Assembly: GCA_043228905.1 (NCBI GenBank)
Contig: JBHGNT010000012.1
Span: 11,346,001-11,410,000 of the forward strand
Reading direction: 5' to 3'
Length of the DNA: 64,000 nt
Source: Azolla caroliniana
Lineage: Eukaryota > Plantae > Polypodiophyta
Position numbers and translations under genes: made by a program. Below, piece after piece: positions 37,346-50,576 of this stretch. Below the pieces are notes generated by a model. The model was given only the letters and a program-made list of their open reading frames with translations. It was not told the origin of the DNA and did no database searches. Each line of letters opens with the position of its first letter. The stretch's first letter is position 1.

Positions 37346-39500
37346 TGAAGGGCAATCATGCCTTATATTAGTGCCTCTACAACTATTTGTGTTTAAATTT
37401 GTCTTTTGTGCGTGTGTAATCCAATGGTGCCTTGATTTGCTCAAAACGCCCTTCAAATTGGTGTTAGAGTAGGCAATATTAAGCATGGTAGTTCACATTT
37501 TCGATGTATGCAATGACAATTACTATGATAGGTCACAGAGTAGGTGACAATCAACACAATAGGTCACATGTTTTCAATGCAAGCAATGATATGCATGGTA
37601 TATCACATTTTCAGAGTATGCAACAATTTAGCACAACTCATTAGAAATTAGTGCAGGTAGGAGATAGGATAGGGGCTACAACTTGCTACAAGTTAGCATA
37701 GGCAAGAGAGGCAATGTCGCTCTTCTACTATGTAGGTTCTTTGCAAAACAAGCCCCTTGCACACTCACATCAGTTTGCAAGGTTTGGGCCTATATTTATT
37801 ACCTTTTTTGGTCCTTTTCCTTTGGCTAAAAATTATGGGTGGCATTAGTGATAACAATTATCTCATGAACATTAAGAAGCTTAAGGGAGGCACTACTTTG
37901 TTGTGGAAAAAGTAGTGCTACAATATCATGTTGTAGAAGAATCAAGCAAAGTCAATCAAGGTTAGAGGGGTAACGTCCATAGATATCGATTAGGATGACT
38001 TGAAGGTGTTGAACGAGCTTGCATGTTGGACCATTGAGCTATCAATCTCAAATGCCTTGTTGCTTAATGTTTAAGGTTTGGACTCTAACAACGTAATCTA
38101 GACTAGACTATAGGAATTGTATGTAAGAGTGCACCAAGTAATTTCATTGGCAAAAAAAGTTATGGATTTGTGCATGAAAGAGGGCACACCATGTCAACTT
38201 ACTTGAATTTAGTTCTATTTTCAAATAGTTGCTTGCCTTCAAAATTTGTCATTGATGATGTGTTTAAGACTGCATTTTGGCTTTGCACTTTGGTAGAGAG
38301 TTGGGATATCTTTAGGACTATCATGAGCAATTCAAATGCGATGCTTTTATATGTTGATATTTATATTTCTCTATTCATGGAAGAGATGAATTTATAGAAC
38401 AATGCATTTAGTAAGTCCTCTAGTGCTTTACATACAAGGGGCATGTCACAACAAAGAGGAAAATCTAATAGTAAAGGCTGTTGTAAATCATGTGCTAAAG
38501 AAGTAAAATGTCATCTTTGTTACAAGAAGGGTCACTTTAAATGTGAGTGCTACAATTGGAAGAAAGAGAAAGGAAAGGGCAAGAACATAGATCATATCAA
38601 ACAAGAGATGAAAGAGTCAACCTACGATGAGTAGTATTGAAATTGAAGAGCTGATAAAACCTAAGATGGTTTGTTGACAACAAATAGTGAGAATGATATT
38701 CTCCTCATCTCTAAATACTTTAATGAACATGCTTTACATGCAAATACAAATGGTGACATGCACACTTGCATTCTCGACTCAAGTGCTTCTTTACACATCA
38801 TCCCTAATCATGAGTGTTTTTTTCAATAAATAGGGGGTTGAAATGATGTTGTCCATCTTGCGCACAACTATGAATGTGACATTGCAAGTGTTTGCACTCA
38901 CTGTGCAATTGCAGTTTGAGTATGGTTTGTCTTCACACTTCCGAATGTATGACATTTACCTCAACTCAAGAAGAGCTTGATTAGCACATGAAAACTACAT
39001 GGAGATGAATTTCACACCACCTTTGATGATTGGAAATAAAAGATTTGTAAGGGATCTAGAGTTCTTGCTAAGGATTCTTACAAAATGGAGTTGCAAATGG
39101 TATGAATAAGATTATATAGAGCATGGTTTGTAATTTGTTTTCTCATTTTGCATTACCCAATGGTTTTTGGGTAGAGGTTATTATTAAATTGGTTCACTGG
39201 ATTAATCAATCACTGAACAAGTCTTTTAGGTGAGGAATCCCTTAGGAAGTGTAATTAGGGAAGCCAGATTCATATGCTCACCTGAAAAGCGTTTGGTTGG
39301 GAGAATTTTGTAAACATTAATATTATAGAAGAATGCAACAAACTTCAGCCAAAGTCCTATAAACATATTTTTCTAGCGTATAGTGATGAGGGTGAAATGG
39401 GGTATAGATTGTAGGATCTAGTAAAAAGGGTAGTACACAACATTTTATCTTTCAAGGAAATCACATGAACAAACAACCCATAAAGATTGAGGAAGTTTGT
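37346..39500 (+). mobile_element. Old degenerate Ty1/Copia element
   Basis: Short LTR TGAAGGGC...GCCCTTCA (37346-37455), PBS-like TGGTGTTAGAG, CHLCYKKGHFKCEC knuckle, LDSSASLH protease, integrase remnants. Confidence 0.7.
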
Positions 39501-39829
39501 AGGGTCTTATTCCAAAAGAATTACTATTTGGATAATAAAATGTGCATGTTATACAACAACAAATACTTCTAGTAAATGTATCTCCAATATAGAAAATGTG
39601 TTAGAAATGTTTTTTGCCAACCATTCCCCATAATGATGAGCCGCCAAATGTGCAAAAATTGTCATGAACATCGACTCAAACTCAACCTAGGTCTTGGTAC
39701 ATATATGTTTCTCCTAGGCAAAACTTTATACTAGGTCCTCTATATAAATACTAGTATGAGTTAGCATGCAAGTATTAGCATATTGTGGTGAACGGACTTG
39801 CTTCAAGGAACGATATAAAGCTGAGATGT

Positions 39830-41539
39830 TATAGAAGAGAAAACCATAACAAGTGATGGATCTTCATGGGACAAGGAAAAGAAATTGTTCCACGTGGTGT
39901 CTACGGGTGAAGGAGAAGTCATTGAAGAATGTATTATCACCTTAAAGGGAAAAAAGAGGAAGATTTCAAACAATGTCCACGGAGGAGAGGATCTAAGGTT
40001 TATTTCTCCTCTTTCTAAGTTTCCAAATTTTTTCATAAATGACTATTCACAGATAAGAGGAGAAGGCATCAAGCACCACATCAAGTTGAAGGAAAGCATA
40101 CCGATTTGTCCAAAAGCTTCGACGATTGGAGATTGTGCAAAAGGAAGACATTATAATGGAGTCCAAAGCATTGTCTCAAGAAAGTTTCATTTATCATATG
40201 GAGGATTTGAAGTGTGTCTCACCCGTTGTTGTGGTTCCAAAGAAGAATGACATTGACTTCAAACCCTTGAATGACTCAACCAAACGAGATCAACTTTCAG
40301 TTCATTTTCGAGATGAGATTCTAGGTGAAATAGTCATATATACAAGACAAGGTAATGTGGAGAATGTGGTGTGCCAAGAAGGAATTCATGTTGATGCAAC
40401 AAAGATTGAAGTAATTCAAAAGGTGACAACTCCAACAAGTTTCAAAATATTGAAGGTATTTGTGCAAAAAGTTCGCTCACTTGAAAGGTTTGTTCATATG
40501 TTGACGTGCCTACTTCTATCGAGAACTATGTATCACATGGCCCTACTTGTGTTTGGAGAGTTGACAAAAACATAATAATTATGGTAACCTCTTTCTTTGT
40601 GTTGACAAGGAGAAAGATGGTAATGGAGATTGTCAATGAGGGTGTGTGTCTAGGAGTGTGATATTTTTTTCCTACCGCTTAACAGGGGGTTTTTTCTCAC
40701 ACAATAATTTGTAACATTTTTAGTTTTTTATACTCCTTTGTCTATAGCCTACCATAAGACGAAGGAGTTTTCTCATTTTCGTTTTTAGGCTCACCATAAA
40801 TGGTTCACACAAGCAAGGAGGGGGACTAAATGTGAAGTCAATTTTTACTCGTGAGAAAAGACCATGGCAGATACATCAGATGCTAAGGTGTATAAGAATA
40901 AAGCACAATATGAAAGGTTCAAGGGTTAAAAGACGAATGAGATTGAAGGGATATGAAGTTAGAGGCGTTTTCCAAAAGTAGAAAAAACAAGAAAATAGAA
41001 TAAAGGAAAAAACGCGTACAAAGGCAGAGAAAGCAAGGTAGAGAAAAAAGCTCATAACTTCTTCATCGCATGTCCAAATTTTAAAAGAAAAGATTCGTAA
41101 GAAAGCTGACAAAGAGAGCTTTCTTGTATGATAAATTTAGATGACAAACCAAAAATAATGATATGAAAAACACATCACACAAACTCGAGGATATAAGAAA
41201 AAACCAAGAATAACGCAACTAAAAACCTATAAATATGAGGGTATTCTTCGCAATAGAGGAAGGAAGAATAGAATATCTACAAGAGAAGGAGGGAGTAAGA
41301 AGAGAATATCTACAAGAAGAAGTGAGGAAGAATAAGAAGGCTAGAAGAAGTGAGAAGAAGCTTAGTCGAAGAAAGTGTGAAGAAGAAAAGACTATTTTAG
41401 TTAATAGTATATTTAAGTAGTTATTTGGGGTTGATACTTTTGGAGTCTAAGAGGATTGTATTATTTTCTTAATAATATATTGAAGTATTCTTTTCTCTTC
41501 CTCTTCTCTTCTCTTTCATTTTTCTCTCTCTCCTTATCG
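39830..41539 (+). mobile_element. 3' half of non-autonomous Gypsy (RT remnant, PPT, LTR 40831-41539)
   Basis: Inverted copy of 41546-43250, with PPT GGAGGGGGA before TGTGAAGTC. Confidence 0.85.
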
Positions 41540-41545
41540 CCAAAA

Positions 41546-42401
41546 TGATGATGAGAGAGAAAAAAGATAGAGAGGAGAAGAGGAACAGAAAAGAATACTT
41601 CAATATACTATTAGGAAAACAATACAATCCTCTTAGACTCCAAAAGTAAAAACCCCAAATAACTACTTCAATATACTATTAGCCAAAATAGTCTTTCCTT
41701 CTTCTCTCTTTCTTCGACTAATCTTCTTATTCTTCCTCACTTCTTCTTGTATATATTCTATTCTTCCCCTTTTTCTCTCCCAATTGCTAAGAATACCCTT
41801 ATATTTATAGGTTTTTAGTTGCGTTATTCTTGCTTTTTTCTTTTCTTTTCTTTCTACATATGCTCAAGTTTATGCGATGCCTTTTTTCATATCATTATTT
41901 CTGCTTTATGTTTCCAAATTTATCACAAAAGAAAGCTCTCTTTGTTAGCTTTCTTATTAATCTTTTCTTTTGAAATTTGGATAAGAGATGAAGAAGTTAT
42001 GAGCTTTTTTCTTTACCTTGCTTTTTCTACCTTTTTCTTGGGTTTTCTTCTTTTCTCTTTTCTCTTGGTTTTTCTACTTTTGGAAAACGCCCCTAACTTC
42101 ATATTCCTTCAATTTCATTCTTCTTTTAATTTTTGAACTTTTCACATTGTGCTTTCTTCTTATACACCTTAGCATCCGATGTATTTACCATGGTGTTTTC
42201 TTATGAGAAAAAATTGACTTTACATTTAGCCCTCCTTGCTTGTTGTGTGAACCATTTATGGTGAGCTTGAAAAGAAAATGAAAAAACTCCTTCACCTTAT
42301 GGTAGGCTATAGACAACGAAGGAATATAAATACTAAAAATGTAACAAATTATGGTGTGAGAAAAAACCCCGTTAAGCGGTAGGAAAAAAATCTCACTCCT
42401 A

Positions 42402-42450
<49 letters not shown>

Positions 42451-45400
42451 AATCTCCATTACCATCTTTCTCCTTGTCAACACAAGAAAGAGGTTACCAC
42501 AATTATTACGTTTTTGTCAACTCTCCAAACACAAGTAGGGCCACGTGATACATAGTTCTCGATAGAAGTAGGCACGACACGTCAACATATGAATAAACCT
42601 TTCAAGCGAGCGAACTTTTTGCAAAAATACCTTCAATATTTTGAAATTTGTTGGAGTTGTCACCTTTTGAATTACTTCGATCTTTGCTGCATCAACATGA
42701 ATTCCTTCTTGGCACACCACATTCTCCACATTACCTTGTCTTGTATATATGACTATTTCATCTAGAATCTCATCTCGAAAATGAACTGAAAGTTGATCTC
42801 GTTTGGTTGAGTCATTCAAGGGTTTGAAGTCAATGTCATTCTTCTTTGGCACCACAACAACAGGTGAGACACACTTCAAATCCTCCATATGATAAATGAA
42901 ACTTTCTTGAGACAATGCTTTGAACTCCGTTATAATGTCTTCCTTTTGCACAATCTCCAATCGTCGAAGCTTTTGGGCAAATCGATATGCTTTCCTTCAA
43001 CTTGATGTGGTGCTTGATGCCTTCTCCTCTTATCTGTGAATAGTCATTTATGAAAAAATTTGGAAACTTAGAAAGAGGAGAAATAAACCTTAGATCCTCT
43101 CCTCCGTGGACATTGTTTGAAATCTTCCTCTTTTTTCCCTTTAAGGTGATAATACATTCTTCAATGACTTCTCCTTCACCCGTAGACACCACGTGGAACA
43201 ATTTCTTTTCTCTATCCCATGAAGATTCATCACTTGTTATGATTTTCTCCTCTTGCTTTCCATTGTCGATAGATGTTTCCTTCTCATAGAAGATGTTAAA
43301 TCTCTTCGATGGTGATAAGTTCATCCTACTCCAATCCTGTATTACATATAATTCTTGCATCCAAGGTCTTACTAGCACTAAGGAACAAGATGACCCTTTA
43401 AGGAGTATCAGATGTAAATCCATGGAAATAGATATACCAAAACACTCAACATCGTCTATAACTCCAAAATGAGAGGTCAAACATCCATCGACTATGTCTA
43501 CCTTGATAGAGGACTTTTGATAAATAGGTTTTCCAATCTTACTCACTACGACATTAGATGTAGGATCAATTCTAATACCACTATCTACTAAGGAATCCTT
43601 AATTAAAAGACTTCTTATGGTTACCAAAATAGTGGGTCGAATATCCTTTCGATCTTCCACTTGCACAATATTCACCCCATGTAATATTTTTATACTTTGT
43701 TGTATACTCGATATGTGTCCCCACTCCTTTTTTAGTGATGGAGAAAGTTGAAGAGGTTGTGGCCAAGTGATGTGAGGTCTAGTAGAGATTATCTTTGGCT
43801 TGAGATCGAACAGTTCGCACCTTTTCCCATTGGCATATCATCAATTTTAATCTTTCTTTGCAGATACTTCTTTCTAGGCCCATCCTCCAAGTTAGTCTCC
43901 TTAGAATTCTCCTTTTGTTGAGAGTTACTAGCCTCTCCTTCCAACTCTTTATTTTTATGTGATGTAGTAGTTGTTTTACTGCATGCAACATCACAATCTT
44001 CAACTATATCATGTACACAAAATCAAGCAGATTTACCTTCGGGGGACTTGTTGGAATTTGCGCTAAAGTACTTTCCCCTCCAATATGGTTGTTGAGTTGG
44101 TGAAAGTTGTTACTAGTGTTGTTTTGATTGTTCTGAAATTGATCCATGCCTCGATCCCAGTCACCTTGTCTTCATGAAGGACATCGTGTAGATATATGTC
44201 CCTCAACACCACAACACATGATCACTCTCCTTCTCCTTAGAGCATCTCGAGTTTGATTAAAATTTGCTTGCATGTTTTGGATTTGTGGAGTAATTTCATC
44301 AAGAAGTTGATTAACTTGCTCCGAAAAACTTCCTTCCACCTTAGGTTGAGTAGCTTCTTGCATCACCAGAACATTAGGTTGATATGTCGTAAAAACATTA
44401 GGGAATACTCTATCTCCATACACAATTGGTGATTGTTGAAGAATAAGAGATTTAAATATTCCAACCATTTGAATCCACTCTCGGTTGTAGAAGTTGGATT
44501 TGTATATTATAGGCTTGGCAAGTTTGGATAAGCGCTTGGAAATTTGTAGGATCCTTTAGATTTGCTTCCAACGCAAAGTGTGGACTTAATCTTGCTTTGA
44601 AACGGTCCATCTTAAACCATTCATCCTCCGTTCCACCACATAGTCGAATCCACGTAGTCCAGAGGTCAATAAATTCCCTCTCATAATCCATATACTCAAT
44701 TGTTGATGACATTCGTAAACGAAAGAGTTCCTCTTGCACTTCCATCGCATTTCAGCATCAAATATACTTAGCTTTAAAGTGTTTTACCAATAGTTGATAA
44801 TTCAATTGTTGGTTAGTAGCAAGGATTCATACCAATCCTTTGCTCGTCCATAAAAAGTAGCCACCAATAGAGGAAGTTTCTCAAAATCCTTCATCTTCCC
44901 TATTGATATTGCATGATGTTCGAAGGCAGCCAAGAATGGTCCCGCATCTTGAACCCCATCACTTGCAAAAGCAAATTGAAAAGCCATATTGGCTACAAAC
45001 AAAACATGCCTTCCCTCTAATACGGAAAGAATTGACCCTCCTTGGAGCGCCAAAATGATGAGGAGAGAGAGAAAAATGATAGAGAAGAGAAGAGGAAGAG
45101 AAAAGAATACTTCAATATATTATTAAGAAAACAATACAATCCTCTTAGACTCCAAAAGTATCAACCCCAAATAACTACTTAAATATACTATTAACCAAAA
45201 TAGTCTTTTCTTCTTCACACTTTCTTCAACTAAGCTTCTTCTCACTTCTTCTAGCCTTCTTATTCTTCCTCACTTCTTCTTGTAGATATTCTCTTCTTAC
45301 TCCCTCCTTCTCTTGTAGATATTCTATTCTTTATTCTTCCTTCTCTTGTCGATATTCTATTCTTCCTTCCTCTATTGCTAAGAATACCCTCATATTTATA

Positions 45401-45805
45401 GGTTTTTAGTTGCGTTATTCTTGCTTTTTTCTTATATCCCGCGAGTTTGTGTGATGGATGTGTTTTTCATATCATTATTTATGGTTTGTCATCTAAATTT
45501 ATTATACAAGAAAGCTCTCTTTTTTTGTTAGCTTTCTTATGAATCTTTTCTTTTGAAATTTGGACATGAGATGAAGAAGTTATGAGCTTTTTTCTCTACC
45601 TTGCTTTCTCTGCCTTTGCACGCGTTTTTTCCTTTATTCTATTTTCTTGTTTTTTCTACTTTTGGAAAACGCCTCTAACTTCATATCCCTTCAATCTCAT
45701 TCGTCTTTTAACTCTTGACCTTTCATATTGTGCTTTATTATTATACACCTTAGCATTTGATGTATTTGCCATGGTCTTTTCTTACGAACAGAAATTGACT
45801 TCATA
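41546..45805 (-). mobile_element. Non-autonomous Ty3/Gypsy element (gag-PR-deleted RT, no integrase)
   Basis: LTRs at 45056-45805 and 41546-42224, PBS TGGCGCTCCAAGGAGGG (tRNA-Asn-like). Motifs: gag GRAKDWY, CCGVEGHISTRC, LVDSG, VSPVVVVPKK. Confidence 0.85.
42403..42444. repeat. (AC)21 microsatellite
   Basis: Seen directly. Confidence 0.95.
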
Positions 45806-46480
45806 GTAAGGAAAGAAGGAAGAGTGGGAGGATAAAAGAGACAACTTGGAGTGAGAGTAGCGACTTGCAAAAGTAGGGGGATAGCCCAACAAAGGATCAA
45901 TGGAGTTCTCAGTGGGGAAGTGTTGGGAAACAGGTCCCTCCGTATGGGAAGAGAACGGACCGAGTCGGATGGAGTAAATAAGTATTTTGGTCGAGGCCAA
46001 TAAGCCAAGGCCGAGATAGAAAACCGAAACCGAAATCAGGAGACCATATATGTAAATAGTCTGAATGTGCCCCTTGTGGGCTATGTATGTAAATAGCCAA
46101 AAAGTTGTATATGTATAAATACAACTAGGGCAAACTTTATGTTGGTAAGGGAGAATCATTATAGTTGAACAACTTATAGTGAGTATAGTTACCTCTGTAA
46201 TTGTGAGAGTGAGTGTGAGTTGGAACTCAGCCGCCGTCTGTGAGATGAAGAAGATCTCGAGGTCATTGCGTCTGAGTATCTTATTGTACTCCTTATCATA
46301 GTGATCTAATTCGGAGTTCGGGGACTCCACATGGTTTTTCTTGATTTGGGTTTTCCATGTTAAACACTATGTCTTTGTTTCTAGTTTTTTGCGCCTCATT
46401 TCTGTCTGTGCATTACTGTGCTCGTTTCTTTGCACCCGAACACATACATGGAACCGGTTGTAGCTGGTCTTGATCCTAAC
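45806..46480 (+). mobile_element. Probable solo LTR
   Basis: GTAAGGA...TCCTAACA ends, TATAAATA box and a U5-like GGGTTTTCCATG. No TSD recoverable. Confidence 0.5.
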
Positions 46481-49446
46481 AAGAAGCATGGGTTGTAGAA
46501 GAGGCTTTCGAGCTATGGAAGAGGAATATTGGATCGAGAAACAACTCAGAGCTAGAGAGACACACAGAGAGGGAGTGAGAGTTCTGACAACACATCCATC
46601 AAGACAAAGTGGCCAAAGTGCTCTTAGCACAAATGAAAAATGAGGGAGCTCAAGGTGCTTATATAGCCAGGGCCATAACTTTCCTATCTATGTGGGATAG
46701 TTCTAATTTCCCTATCTTCTTAAATTTTATTTTCATATAACTTGATATGTATTTCTCCATTTTGTATATAGTAAAATACATTTTGAAGCTCTTGAGCATA
46801 TCCATCTTTCTATAGTAAGCTACTAATCTAATCTATAATAATTATTTCATTATTTTTTACATAGTGTGTGAAGATTCACACGACATTCGCCCCCACCAAA
46901 CCTGCACATCCACCGGTATGTGCCAATTTTGGTGAGGATTCAATTTTGTTTACTATACTTTTTCATCGATGCTTAAGACTGAATTGTCAAAAGCTTCGAA
47001 TCCAATTTCTATTCTATCTCTTCTCTTGATGATCTTGATTCTTTTACCGGCAATTGGCAATGCAAGTGGTGTACCATCCAGTTCTACTAAATGATATGTT
47101 GCATTATCTTCCACTTTCTTCACCACATATGGCCCAAACCATCATTGTGAGAATTTTTGAGTCGTACTATGTTGGTTATCTAGGCTACTGTCATAGACTA
47201 GCACCCAATCTCCTTCAACGATTTTCCTCGGCCGAAGTCGATGTCGTTTATCGAAGTTGTTCTTGTTCTTTAGCCTTGCATTCTTTAGCCGCGCTTTAGC
47301 CTCCTCCATATATTCCAAAATTCGCTCTAATTGTCGAATCCTCAATGCTAGAAGATCTTCTCTACTTATCTCATCTTGCCATGGCAATGGAAACCATGAC
47401 ATAATACTTTGTTCTACAGGCATTATTGGCTTTTGTCTGAATATGAGCTCTGTCGGCATGTATCCCGTCACTGTGCTATGAGTAGTCCTGTCAGCCCATA
47501 GTGCAAATGGCAATAGACGCGACCATTCTCCTATTTTCCCGTGGCAAGCTTTTACTAGAGCCTTCACAATCGGTCCATGTCCACGTTCCACCTTCCCATT
47601 TGCTTCCGGATTATACGCCATGGTAAGAGATAATTTTATTCCCATCCTCGAGAAGAATTCTCTAGCTTCATTGGCGTCCAACTCGCCTCAATCAGCCACT
47701 ATCTTGCCGACGCATCCATATCTGCAAATAACATCTTCAAGAAGGAATCGGCATACCGATGATGTCTCCTTAGTTCTTAATGCTCGCCCTTCAACTTGAT
47801 TGGTAAGATCCTCTCTCGCGAGCACAAGATACTTCATCTGCCATCGCCCCATTGGCATCATCACGATGTCCACCATCCACTTGTAATGCATAGCCAATGG
47901 GTAAGTCGGATGAAGTCCATCTCGATGGCGAATATTCGAAAACATCTGACATTCCTTACATATTTCCACATAAGCTGCTACATCTTTGTAGATGTTCGGC
48001 CACCAATATTTCTCCTTAAGCTAGGCAAACGTAGCCCATATTCCTCGATGGCCTGCAAAAACACTATCATGAAATTCAGACATTAGTTTTTGTTGGTCTT
48101 CTAGCTTGCAGACAACTCTCATCGGAGTCCCATTCTTCTTTTTTGCATGCCTCCAAAGAGCTCCATCCTTAAGGAAATACTTGTATGCCTTCTTCCGAAT
48201 TCGATGGAAGTCTTCCGTCGACCATGATTCATCTTTTTGGAGAGAACTCAAGTATTTCCCGATCTCCACGAATTTGCCTTCGTAGTCCTCTTCTATGAAA
48301 GTAGTCAACACCCGAGCGTAGGAACTTGCAAAGAAATCCAAGCCAACATCATCTTCATTAGAATGTCGATCTTCTTCTCTGTCGTATCTCACTCGTGATA
48401 GCATGTCTGCAACGACATTACGCTTCCCAGCTACATGATGGATCTCCGGGTTGAGTGATTTGATATATGCAATCCAACGCAACATGGCAATATCCGGTGT
48501 GTTACAACTAGATATCATACCCAAAATTGGTAGGAAATCTGTCTCAATTATGACTTCTGCTCCAATAAGGTAATCACGATCATATTTGATTGCCGAGATG
48601 ATTCCCCATAGCTCCCTCTTCACTTGGGCATACCTTCTTTGCCTGTCACTTAACACTTTTGCGCCAAACCGAATTGCATATCGGTTGCAATCTTCATCTT
48701 CTTGGTTGATAACACATCCAATTCCCATTGGACTAGTATCCACAGTCATGAAAATCGGCTTGCCGTATGAATAGTCCGCTTTCCGTAATGCAGGTGCCTC
48801 CATCAATAATTTCTTCAGCCTTCGGATGGCGATTGTATGCTCGCTTGTCCATTCGAACATCCGCTTCTTCTTTAGTAGACCATATAATGGCTCAGCAATG
48901 TGGGCGTAGTGTGGAATCCAAATATGATAAAACGTGCATGCTCCAAGGAACCTTCGAACCTCCGTTTGGGTTACACATTCTTCTTTCATGTCTTGGATTG
49001 CATTCACCTTGGATGGCGAAGGCTTCCGACCATATGCTCCACACAAGTGACCTACCACCAGGATCTCCGGTTGCCCGAATGCAGATTTTTCTCCCGAAAA
49101 TGTCAAATTCGCATCTTCGAGCCTTTGGAGCACCTTCTTGCAATCTTTCATATGATCCACGACGAACTTTCTACATCCATCCTTATCTTTTGATTCATCC
49201 TTCTCTTCATCCGAACATCCTTTTATCAGAATATCATCTAAGAATGGCATCGTGATATCCGGGATGCAATCCTTCAAGACCTTGTTCATGGCATTCACCA
49301 TTTGAGCCACCGAGTTCGTTGCGCCTTGAGGTAAGTTACACCCGCACCAACGCGATTGGAGTTCTCATGGTTGTAATGTCACGATTGTCAATCGCCAACT
49401 GGAATTGATCGTAGCCAGAGTAGATATCGTCGATGGAGTATATGGA
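46481..49446 (-). mobile_element. Ty3/Gypsy 3' half: RT-RNase H-integrase, PPT and partial LTR
   Basis: YSGYDQFQLA, PQGATNS, FLDDILIKG, TVDTSP, RYAQVKRELWG, H..GHRG..C..CQ, AYNPEANGKVERGH. PPT GGTGGGGGCGAA is followed by TGTCGTG at 46885. Confidence 0.92.
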
Positions 49447-50576
49447 CAACAGAGAGAATGTGCTGACTTGCAAGAATGTCGTCTATTTGGACGGCAACAT
49501 GATAAACTCGAGCGAGACCCGGAAGCCACTAGGAGTGAACTTCAGAAGAGGTGGGCTGAAAAAGATTGTAGAAGAGGAAGATGCAAGGCATGTGGAGGCT
49601 ATGCACTATGCCGCTTCGGCTGGGATACGAGTTGGAAAAGAGAATCTTAAAATGATCAAGCCAGGAGCTGGGTTTTGGCCAACGGTCTTCGAGTGCGAAG
49701 AAAAAGGCAAAATCAATTCCGAGGATCTAAAACTTGTTGACTGAAACGTGCGACGAGCTACCGGATGGTTAGATCCAATCGACGAAAACACAAGCTTTGC
49801 AGAGGTTGTGTGTGACACCTATGAAGCCCTTGTCGAAGAGAAGAGGAAAAGAACCGGTGAAGAAGATGGCACATCAAAGCGACCTAACACAAGAAACGGA
49901 GGGAAAGAAGGGCCACCCCAACCTATCCCAAGAAAAGAGTTGGGGAAACAAACATGAAGCCCGGTGGATCGAGCCAACCTGCTCGGATGGAAGTCGAAGA
50001 ATCAACAAAGAAAGGAAAAGAACGAGCGGCACCAACTTACAAGCTAAGGTCGGACATAGAATAAACAACTAACTTGCGGAAGGTCCTTGAGGAGAAGGTT
50101 TTAGATAGTCATGTCTACCTTAGCTGGAGAGAGCTACTTGGGATCGCGAAGAAGGAGTTCCATGATACTATCATGGACCTTATTAAAAGGAAGCGGCAAC
50201 AATCTGATGAAGAGGAGGTGAAAACAAGTGCCATAACCATGGCAAGATCGGAAGAGGAGGAAGAAGAAGAAGTGGTGGTGGATAGCCATTACTCGCGGCC
50301 TCATTGGGCAAGAGCGACAACGGAGACGCCGGTGAAGATCGGGGAGAAGAAAGAGACCGTGGTCTCTTTAATTGACCATGGCTCAGAGATCAACCTCATG
50401 TCGATCGAGTTCTACAAGAAAGGAAGATGGCCGATTAATACAAACCACGGATGGAAGATTCGAGCGGCGACGAAGGCTACGGAGGACTTGTACGGAGCTT
50501 GCCCCAACGTTAAAGTCACGATCGGGGATGTGGAGATTGATCAACACTTCTTCGTGCAAGACTCAGCTTCACATCC

